This document shows positions 6,615 to 12,192 of a DNA stretch of 12,192 nucleotides, one piece after another. The notes under the pieces were generated by a model that had not been told where the DNA came from, searched no databases, and saw only the letters and a list, made by a program, of their open reading frames with translations. The DNA is taken from the UHGV virus genome UHGV-0062900, one strand, 5' to 3'. The DNA comes from a virus. The translations under genes were made by a program, and so were the position numbers. Every line of letters starts with the position of its first letter. Position 1 is the stretch's first letter.

Positions 6615-6847
6615 GCTGCACCTCCGAGATGCTTCATGTTTTTTCCGGAGCGAAAGGCTATAAGCGGCATACTGACGCGGTAATTACGGCCAAGCGGTTC
6701 ACAAATCACCTTCTGGCATTCACGGTCAACCAGGCTAACACGTAGAACATGCCCTGCAGGTGTGGTGTACCACTGCCCAACTGTAGGAATTGATATTTTT
6801 TTACGCTGAAGTAAACGGTGAATATTGAGGATCAACGGATTAAGCAT
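6611..6847 (-). CDS. Hypothetical small protein (78 aa)
   Basis: ORF within the coupled operon; its ATG lies 2 nt upstream of the stop of the preceding gene, and its stop overlaps the O-like start (ATGA). No recognisable motif. Confidence 0.4.
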   Translation of the reverse strand: MLNPLILNIHRLLQRKKISIPTVGQWYTTPAGHVLRVSLVDRECQKVICEPLGRNYRVSMPLIAFRSGKNMKHLGGAA

Positions 6848-7676
6848 GACGATGCCCTCCGCTGATATTCAGGAGACGGTGAATATGAAGATTAGCCTTA
6901 TCCGCCAAACGAATACGTTCAGCCTGCAAGTTAAGAAGGGTTTCTACCAGAAGTTGATGCGCCTGCGGATCTGAAAGAGTTACCTTGCGCAGAGCACGTA
7001 GTGCTGTTGTTACATAACTGAGTTTATGTAAGTCTTCATCATTCAGACGAGTGAGGGCTGGGACAGTAGCCATGATGGCAGCCTCCTTGATCGGTGAAAT
7101 ACTTCCACCACCGGAAACGCCAATTTCGCTGGTGGTGAACTGAACGGGGTTGGCGTAACCGGTGATCAAGGAAACCGGCGCATCTTTCGATGCCCCCGCC
7201 CAGCCCACCATAACTTTGATGTGAGCAAATGCGGACGATAAAAAAGACGCTGGCGCGTCATATATCGCCTTGATCAATTCCAGGACGCCAATCCCGGCAC
7301 CCGCTTTATAAGGTGCCTGAACAGTGTAACGTCCCGGAATGGCAGAATCAATGTGCTGGTGGTCCTTCACACTCAATAAAATCACGCCTGAATTTCCACA
7401 AAGGACTAAAGCACTCATGCGGGTAGTCTTTGCGAAGATAGATAACGCGCTGTGTTTCTGGCTCCCAACGAATAACATGAACATAAAGTCCTCTTCCGTC
7501 ACGAAACCAGCGGTTAAGTTCCTGCACAACTCGCCCCCCACAGTCAGGTAAAGTTCTCTGTGGTTACTTACAGCCAGGTGATTTGGTAATCTGCATTCAT
7601 GCCGTAACAACAGGTGTTCAGCGACGCTGACCACCAGCTGTTGCGACAAACGGTTATTTGCCGTTAAACTGTTCAT
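6840..7676 (-). CDS. Hypothetical protein (278 aa) in the replication module; function unknown
   Basis: Long ORF, ATGA-coupled to the upstream gene. No Walker A motif, so not an obvious DnaC/P-type helicase loader. No family recognised. Confidence 0.5.
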   Translation of the reverse strand: MNSLTANNRLSQQLVVSVAEHLLLRHECRLPNHLAVSNHRELYLTVGGELCRNLTAGFVTEEDFMFMLFVGSQKHSALSIFAKTTRMSALVLCGNSGVILLSVKDHQHIDSAIPGRYTVQAPYKAGAGIGVLELIKAIYDAPASFLSSAFAHIKVMVGWAGASKDAPVSLITGYANPVQFTTSEIGVSGGGSISPIKEAAIMATVPALTRLNDEDLHKLSYVTTALRALRKVTLSDPQAHQLLVETLLNLQAERIRLADKANLHIHRLLNISGGHRHA

Positions 7677-8236
7677 GCGTTAGTTTCTCCACAGACACAA
7701 AACGCCACGACGCCCGGAGCTGCACACTCGCGGGCGTCACTCTTTTCTGGAGCGCAAAAGATTTTGTAGACCAGTGCTGCATGCTCTTGGAGCTTCGAAA
7801 TTGACAGATACAACTCATCATTAATTGCTGTCTGCTCGTGTGGCTCCACGACCCCATCTTCGATTGCCGAACGAATCTGCTTTGAGTAATTCCCGATCTG
7901 TTCGATGACTTCCAGCAGGCGCTGGTTTATATCGGCGTTCTCTACTTCCTCAATTTCAGGAAGCGATACGAACACCCCACCAGCAGACTGTGCGACAGCA
8001 TCCGCAATGTAGTGAGTGCCAGCCGCGCGCTGTAAAACCATTGCCCATCCCAGCGGGAAAATCTGATCGCCATCGGCACGAAGGCGGTTAAATAATGCGT
8101 TCTCTGTTACATCCAGCCAGTCAGCTGCTTCAGCGTAACCACCCGGCAACGCTGCGATAGTTTTTCTGACAGCTTTCACGTACCACTCAGGCTGTTTTTC
8201 TACTTTCCAGTGATACTTACCCACGGTTAGCCTCAT
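7673..8236 (-). CDS. cII-position regulator candidate (possibly YdaT-like CII functional analogue)
   Basis: 187-aa ORF immediately downstream of cro, where lambdoid phages encode CII or YdaT. Assignment is by position only; sequence family not verified. Confidence 0.45.
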   Translation of the reverse strand: MRLTVGKYHWKVEKQPEWYVKAVRKTIAALPGGYAEAADWLDVTENALFNRLRADGDQIFPLGWAMVLQRAAGTHYIADAVAQSAGGVFVSLPEIEEVENADINQRLLEVIEQIGNYSKQIRSAIEDGVVEPHEQTAINDELYLSISKLQEHAALVYKIFCAPEKSDARECAAPGVVAFCVCGETNA

Positions 8237-8267
8237 CGTTCTGTGGTTAAAAATTGAAGGTGTTCTG

Positions 8268-8468
8268 TTAATCTTTCGGATAGATATCCGGTCTTAAGTC
8301 AGATTTCGTAATTGCACCTGACGTGCATTGCTCAAGTTTTTTCGCCAGCACAAAACTGGCTTTTTTATAACCATTGAAAACCAGCCGTAAGTAGCCAGGT
8401 GTTGAGCCAACTTTTCCGGCCAACTCGCCCTGCTGTTCTTTGGTTAAAGAGTCCCAATACGCTTTCAT
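8268..8468 (-). CDS. Cro-like small DNA-binding regulator
   Basis: 66 aa from ATG 8468 (MKAYWDSLTKEQQGELAGKVGSTPGYLRLVFNGYKK...), with GGAGG (complement of 8479-8483) upstream. The track start at 8492 coincides with the predicted PR -10 and is rejected. Divergent from the cI-type repressor. Confidence 0.65.
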   Translation of the reverse strand: MKAYWDSLTKEQQGELAGKVGSTPGYLRLVFNGYKKASFVLAKKLEQCTSGAITKSDLRPDIYPKD

Positions 8469-8558
8469 ACAATATGTACCTCCGGTATACATATTACATG
8501 ATTAAAATGAACCTTCAAGATACTTGTACCTTATCGGTACAAAGGTTTTAATTTCGTT
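8469..8558. promoter_or_regulatory. Immunity switch region: divergent PR (leftward) and PRM-like (rightward) promoters with dyad operator candidates
   Basis: PR on the minus strand: -35 TTGAAG (complement of 8513-8518), 16-nt spacer, -10 TAATAT (complement of 8491-8496). PRM-like on the plus strand: -35 TTGTAC 8524-8529, 17-nt spacer, -10 TTTAAT 8547-8552, with cI ATG at 8559, implying a leaderless cI mRNA. Dyads: TTGTACC-ttatc-GGTACAA at 8524-8542; CATACAA-T-ATGTACC at 8466-8480, which resembles the OL palindrome. Confidence 0.55.
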
Positions 8559-9233
8559 ATGAAAACAATCCATGACATCCGGCGGTCTAACGCCAGAAAA
8601 CTGAGAGATGGTGTTGGCGGAAATTCATCCTTTGCCACCATGATTGATCGCGAGCCAACCCAAACCAGCAGGTTTATGGGGGATGGCGCTACTAAAAATA
8701 TCGGTGACAGCATGGCACGGCACATCGAAAAATGTTTCGACCTGCCTGTCGGATGGCTTGATCAAGAACACCAGACAACGAACATCACAAAAAAACCTGA
8801 TGTTTCAATCACTAACAAACAAATAACGTTAGTCCCTGTCATATCATGGGTACAGGCCGGAGCATGGAAAGAAGTTGGCTATTCTGAGGTTGATTTGAGC
8901 ACAGCAGAAACGTATCCCTGCCCTGTACCCTGTGGCGAAATGACTTATATCTTGCGGGTGATTGGTGATTCAATGATTGATGAGTACCGCCCTGGAGACA
9001 TGATTTTTGTTGATCCCGAAGTCCCTGCCTGCCACGGTGACGACGTTATTGCATTGATGCACGATACAGGCGAAACCACCTTCAAGCGATTGATAGAAGA
9101 TGGAACACAGCGTTATCTCAAAGCATTAAACCCAAACTGGCCTGAGCCTTACATTAAGATTAACGGTAATTGCTCTATAATTGGTACAGTGATTTTCTCG
9201 GGAAAACCAAGAAGATACACAATAAAGGCCTAA
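8559..9233 (+). CDS. CI-type prophage repressor with C-terminal S24 (LexA-like) autopeptidase domain
   Basis: 224 aa. C-terminal VIGDSMIDEY...GDMIFVDPE...TFKRL carries the Ser (GDSM) and Lys (FKRL) catalytic dyad; a candidate Ala-Gly cleavage site lies in VQAGAW. N-terminal HTH-like region. Divergent from cro. Confidence 0.85.
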   Translation: MKTIHDIRRSNARKLRDGVGGNSSFATMIDREPTQTSRFMGDGATKNIGDSMARHIEKCFDLPVGWLDQEHQTTNITKKPDVSITNKQITLVPVISWVQAGAWKEVGYSEVDLSTAETYPCPVPCGEMTYILRVIGDSMIDEYRPGDMIFVDPEVPACHGDDVIALMHDTGETTFKRLIEDGTQRYLKALNPNWPEPYIKINGNCSIIGTVIFSGKPRRYTIKA

Positions 9234-9245
9234 TCAATATTTATG

Positions 9246-9268
9246 AACCTGCTTCGGCAGGTTTTTTT
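9246..9268 (+). terminator. Rho-independent terminator downstream of the repressor gene
   Basis: aacctgc-ttcg-gcaggtt: 7-bp stem with GNRA-like tetraloop, followed immediately by ttttt(t), 13 nt after the cI stop. Confidence 0.7.
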
Positions 9269-9272
9269 ATAC

Positions 9273-9305
9273 TTGACAATGTACCCATGAGATACATAAT
9301 GTATC
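9273..9305 (+). promoter_or_regulatory. PL-like early-left promoter with overlapping operator palindrome
   Basis: -35 TTGACA 9273-9278, 16-nt spacer, -10 CATAAT 9295-9300. Perfect 15-bp palindrome GATACAT-A-ATGTATC at 9291-9305 overlaps the -10; an ATGTACC half-site lies in the spacer (9279-9285). Confidence 0.6.
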
Positions 9306-9872
9306 TAAAAGAAACATAACACAGGCAAGATTAAAACAAAATTTGGTTGTAACACGGCGTATGGCACATGCGTCGTTAGCGGTCTGGTGACGTTAAAGGG
9401 GACAATCCACTCCTTGCTCGAGCAAACAAACCAGGTAGCCGGAATGTGCAAGTCAATGATGATGCTGATAAGACGCCTAACCAGCGTGGCGATTCGGTTT
9501 GACGCCTGGGAAGAGACCAGGGTGCAACGATGAGGGCATTTATGGAGCCGCGACAAAGTGTGGTGCCGTAACTGGCTAAGTGCTCTCAGCGTTGTGGTAA
9601 TCCGCGAAATGGCGCGGCGGTAAGTATGGCGGGGTTACTCTTTCCCCGTTGAGGACACCGGATTGTCAGGTTGACCAGCCACTGCTTTGGCGGTACCAGT
9701 TTGTACCCTTGCTTCCGGCTGGTACCGCTCTTTTTACAAAACAGAGAAGAGCATCACCGGACGACGGGCTCATAACCCAATCCATCCGGGCGGCAGTCAC
9801 CGCAGGTGTTCTTCTCTGTTTTGTGGAGAAACCAACCGACCTTGCAGGGTCGATATGATGAGGAGCAGCAAA
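9306..9872 (+). other. Long ORF-poor structured leader of the early-left operon (candidate cis-acting RNA element or sRNA)
   Basis: About 570 nt between the PL-like promoter and the first well-supported start (9873), with no plus-strand ORF over ~30 codons having a Shine-Dalgarno. Long-range inverted repeat: 9731-9755 pairs with 9805-9829 (perfect 14-bp core acaaaacagagaag / cttctctgttttgt), enclosing the hairpin gcgg-cagtca-ccgc (9790-9803). Additional hairpin ccgcg-aaatgg-cgcgg at 9602-9617. Confidence 0.35.
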
Positions 9873-10235
9873 ATGGCTAGCGAACGCAGTACTGATGTGC
9901 AGGCATTTATCGGGGAGCTGGACGGCGGCGTATTTGAAACCAAAATCGGCGCTGTTCTCAGTGAAGTCGCTTCCGGTGTGATGAACACGAAAACCAAAGG
10001 TAAGGTCTCGCTCAACCTGGAAATCGAACCGTTTGATGAGAACCGTGTGAAAATCAAACACAAACTCTCATATGTTCGCCCGACTAACCGCGGGAAAATT
10101 TCTGAAGAAGACACCACCGAAACACCGATGTATGTCAATCGCGGTGGTCGCCTGACTATTCTGCAGGAAGACCAGGGACAATTACTGACTCTTGCCGGTG
10201 AACCTGACGGAAAACTTCGCGCAGCAGGTCATTAA
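9873..10235 (+). CDS. YfdP-like early protein (120 aa)
   Basis: ATG 9873 is preceded by AGGAG at 9861-9865 with a 7-nt spacer. Length 120 aa matches that remembered for K-12 CPS-53 YfdP. The track's longer ORF from 9687 is an unsupported N-terminal extension through the structured leader. Confidence 0.65.
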   Translation: MASERSTDVQAFIGELDGGVFETKIGAVLSEVASGVMNTKTKGKVSLNLEIEPFDENRVKIKHKLSYVRPTNRGKISEEDTTETPMYVNRGGRLTILQEDQGQLLTLAGEPDGKLRAAGH

Positions 10236-10300
10236 TATCGTTCTTAATTAACTGATTATTTATCTCATCACTGAATATCTTTATATAGTGAGGACTTATT

Positions 10301-11125
10301 ATGTCTCAGAACTTAGACGCAACCGCAATTAATCAAATCCATGCCCTTATTTCTGCTCAGGGTGTTAATGAAATTATCAGTAAGATTGGTGCCGATGCTG
10401 TGGCATTGCCTGAGAATTTCCGCATTCATGATCTGGAAAAATTTAATTTAAATCGCTTCCGTTTCCGTGGTGCGCTTTCCACTGCCAGCATCGATGACTT
10501 TACCCGTTATTCTAAAGATCTTGCAGATGAAGGCACCCGCTGCTTTATCGATGCTGATAATATGCGTGCCGTCAGTGTGCTTAACCTGGGTACTATTGAT
10601 GAACCAGGTCACGCAGATAACACCGCCACACTCAAACTGAAAAAGACAGCACCGTTCTCTGCTCTGTTGTCTGTTAACGGCGAGCGTAACTCCCAGAAGT
10701 CACTAGCAGAATGGATTGAAGACTGGGCCGACTATCTTGTGGGCTTTGATGCTAATGGTGACGCTATTCAGGCAACAAAAGCGGCTGCGGCTGTCCGTAA
10801 AATCACGATTGAAGCAAACCAGACCGCTGATTTTGAAGATAATGACTTCAGCGGCAAACGCTCCCTGATGGAGTCTGTCGAAGCGAAGACCAAAGACATT
10901 ATGCCAGTGGCATTTGAATTTAAATGCGTTCCGTTTGAAGGTCTGAAAGAACGTCCGTTTAAATTACGCCTCAGTATTATCACTGGCGATCGTCCTGTAC
11001 TGGTTCTGCGCATTATTCAGCTGGAGGCGGTGCAGGAAGAAATGGCTAACGAATTTCGTGATCTGCTTGTTGAGAAATTCAAGGACAGCAAAGTAGAAAC
11101 CTTTATTGGTACTTTCATCGCCTGA
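10301..11125 (+). CDS. yfdQ: YfdQ-like protein (DUF2303 family), 274 aa
   Basis: 274-aa ORF with GAGGA Shine-Dalgarno 5 nt upstream. Length and gene order (before the HD-domain gene) match K-12 CPS-53 yfdQ, from memory. Confidence 0.75.
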   Translation: MSQNLDATAINQIHALISAQGVNEIISKIGADAVALPENFRIHDLEKFNLNRFRFRGALSTASIDDFTRYSKDLADEGTRCFIDADNMRAVSVLNLGTIDEPGHADNTATLKLKKTAPFSALLSVNGERNSQKSLAEWIEDWADYLVGFDANGDAIQATKAAAAVRKITIEANQTADFEDNDFSGKRSLMESVEAKTKDIMPVAFEFKCVPFEGLKERPFKLRLSIITGDRPVLVLRIIQLEAVQEEMANEFRDLLVEKFKDSKVETFIGTFIA

Positions 11126-11137
11126 TTTCATTACTGC

Positions 11138-11159
11138 AAATGCCCCTGCGGGGGCATTT
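11138..11159 (+). terminator. Intercistronic hairpin between the yfdQ-like and yfdR-like genes (attenuator or stabiliser; weak terminator)
   Basis: aaatgcccc-tgcg-ggggcattt: 9-bp perfect inverted repeat with 4-nt loop. No strong downstream T-run (followed by atggaaacg). Confidence 0.3.
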
Positions 11160-11252
11160 ATGGAAACGTAATTTACTCAATAATCGCCGGATGGTGAGGG
11201 ATTTTTTTTACCAGAATTCAGCGCGGTGCAGCGCATATACGTGGAGAACAAA

Positions 11253-11789
11253 ATGTCATTTATTAAAACTTTTTCCGGGAAGCATTTTTATTATGACAGG
11301 ATAAATAAAGACGACATCGATATTAACGATATCGCGGTTTCCCTTTCAAATATCTGTCGCTTTGCCGGACATCTTTCACATTTCTACAGCGTCGCCCAAC
11401 ATGCGGTTCTTTGCAGCCAGCTGGTGCCGCAGGAATTTGCTTTTGAAGCGTTAATGCATGATGCAACAGAAGCGTATTGCCAGGACATTCCCGCACCACT
11501 GAAACGCCTTCTTCCTGACTATAAACAAATGGAAGAAAAAATAGACGCCGTAATCCGTGAGAAATACGGGTTACCCCCAGTTATGAGTACGCCCGTGAAA
11601 TATGCCGATCTCATCATGCTGGCAACCGAACGCCGCGATCTCGGGCTTGATGATGGCTCTTTCTGGCCTGTACTGGAAGGTATCCCGGCAACAGAGATGT
11701 TCAACGTGATTCCACTGGCACCGGGCCATGCCTACGGGATGTTTATGGAACGCTTTAACGAGTTATCGGAGTTACGCAAATGCGCATGA
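11253..11789 (+). CDS. yfdR: HD-domain phosphohydrolase, YfdR-like 5'-deoxynucleotidase (178 aa)
   Basis: Start at ATG 11253 (MSFIKTFSGKHFYYD...), with GGAGA 5 nt upstream. HD motif in HFYSVAQHAV...MHDATEA. Length 178 aa matches K-12 YfdR. The track start at 11226 is rejected. Confidence 0.8.
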   Translation: MSFIKTFSGKHFYYDRINKDDIDINDIAVSLSNICRFAGHLSHFYSVAQHAVLCSQLVPQEFAFEALMHDATEAYCQDIPAPLKRLLPDYKQMEEKIDAVIREKYGLPPVMSTPVKYADLIMLATERRDLGLDDGSFWPVLEGIPATEMFNVIPLAPGHAYGMFMERFNELSELRKCA

Positions 11790-12142
11790 ATGTTTTCGAA
11801 ATGGAAGGGTTTCTTCGTGGGAGATGTGTACCGCGAGATCTGAAAGTAAATAAAACAGATGCTGAATACCTAGTGCGTAAATTCGATGCGCTTGAAGCTA
11901 AATGTGCAGCACAGGAAAACAAAGTAATACCAGTGTCAACTGAACTGCCACCAGCAAATGAAAGTGTTTTGTTATTCGATGCTAACGGAGAAGGCTGGCT
12001 AATTGGCTGGCGTTCTCTCTGGTACACCTGGGGACAAAAAGAAACCGGAGAATGGCAATGGACATTTCAGGTCGGGGACCTTGAAAACGTCAATATCACT
12101 CACTGGGCAGTAATGCCAAAAGCACCGGAGGATGGAGCATAA
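11780..12142 (+). CDS. YfdS-like protein (120 aa; DUF551-like C-terminus)
   Basis: ORF overlaps the yfdR-like stop by 10 nt. Length matches K-12 YfdS; Trp-rich C-terminal segment (GWLIGWRSLWYTWGQKETGEWQW). Confidence 0.65.
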   Translation: MRMNVFEMEGFLRGRCVPRDLKVNKTDAEYLVRKFDALEAKCAAQENKVIPVSTELPPANESVLLFDANGEGWLIGWRSLWYTWGQKETGEWQWTFQVGDLENVNITHWAVMPKAPEDGA

Positions 12143-12192
12143 TGACCACTTTTACCGACAAAGAACTGATTAAAGAAATTAAAGAGCGTATC
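12142..12192 (+). CDS. 5' end of next early gene (YfdT-like), truncated by the window edge
   Basis: ATG at 12142 overlaps the upstream stop as TAATG; 17 codons (MTTFTDKELIKEIKERI) run to the window end. Confidence 0.5.
   Translation, partial: MTTFTDKELIKEIKERI

Larger units (their letters stand above)
1..12192. mobile_element. Lambdoid prophage segment (late-control, nin, replication, immunity and early-left regions); both ends run off the window
   Basis: Gene order and content: Q, RusA, KilA-N, DUF968, Dam-like methyltransferase, O-like initiator, cro and divergent cI-type S24 repressor, then early-left genes resembling K-12 CPS-53 yfdP-T. Stop/start overlaps (ATGA, TAATG) typical of phage operons. 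Confidence 0.85.

Noticed and set aside
6016-6683. Plus-strand ORFs 6016-6234 and 6444-6683
   Set aside because: Antisense within the O-like gene; the first runs through the iteron-like repeats, which mimic coding periodicity.
7339-7857. ORFs 7339-7551(+) and 7654-7857(-)
   Set aside because: Overlap the 278-aa and cII-position genes in other frames or on the other strand; not part of the coupling chain.
8469-8492. Upstream extension of cro to the ATG at 8492 (74-aa version)
   Set aside because: That ATG coincides with the predicted PR -10 (TAATAT) and would place the GGAGG Shine-Dalgarno inside the coding sequence; ATG 8468 with upstream GGAGG fits better.
8531-8826. ORFs 8531-8725(-) and 8644-8826(+)
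   Set aside because: They overlap the cI-type repressor gene and the switch region, which have strong independent support.
9444-9533. 29-codon plus-strand mini-ORF (MCKSMMMLIRRLTSVAIRFDAWEETRVQR) considered as a possible N-like Arg-rich antiterminator peptide
   Set aside because: Too short, no convincing Shine-Dalgarno, and no real arginine-rich motif as in lambda N; more likely part of an untranslated structured RNA.
9305-9556. 83-aa minus-strand ORF antisense to the early-left leader
   Set aside because: Odd composition, no Shine-Dalgarno, and it would be antisense to the PL transcript. Cannot be fully excluded as a small antisense gene.
9649-10138. ORFs 9649-9858(+), 9666-10061(-), 9797-10138(-) and the N-terminal extension 9687-9872 of the yfdP-like ORF
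   Set aside because: They run through the long inverted-repeat RNA structure or antisense to the yfdP-like gene. The yfdP-like gene has a clean AGGAG-7-ATG start at 9873 that gives the expected 120-aa length.
10768-12027. Minus-strand ORFs 10768-11013, 11519-11704 and 11755-12027, and the plus-strand start at 11226 for the HD-domain gene
   Set aside because: Antisense to the yfdQ/yfdR/yfdS-like genes. ATG 11253 with GGAGA upstream reproduces the 178-aa YfdR length, so the 11226 extension is unsupported.

Overview
This 12.2-kb window is the regulatory core of a lambdoid prophage, with no rRNA, tRNA, CRISPR array, integrase or transposase seen. Reading left to right: a low-GC two-gene cargo cassette (306-1705, + strand) sits immediately downstream of, and convergent with, a long translationally coupled minus-strand operon running from cro (8468) to a phage-21/QuuD-type Q antiterminator (1749-2111). 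That operon carries a cII-position gene, two unknowns, an O-like replication initiator with internal iteron-like repeats, a YfdN-like protein, a Dam-like methyltransferase, a LexA DNA-binding-domain-only protein, RusA, a KilA-N protein and a DUF968 protein. To the right are a divergent cI-type S24 repressor (8559-9233), its terminator, a strong PL-like promoter with a perfect 15-bp palindrome, a ~570-nt ORF-poor structured leader, and early-left genes resembling E. coli K-12 CPS-53/KpLE1 yfdP-yfdQ-yfdR-yfdS-yfdT. The best candidate for an undescribed system is the AT-rich cassette: a ~310-aa soluble protein plus a 150-aa four-helix membrane protein, with the architecture of lambda RexA/RexB but placed in the Q-to-lysis moron slot. 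All homology statements are from reading the translations and from memory of protein families; no database search was run.
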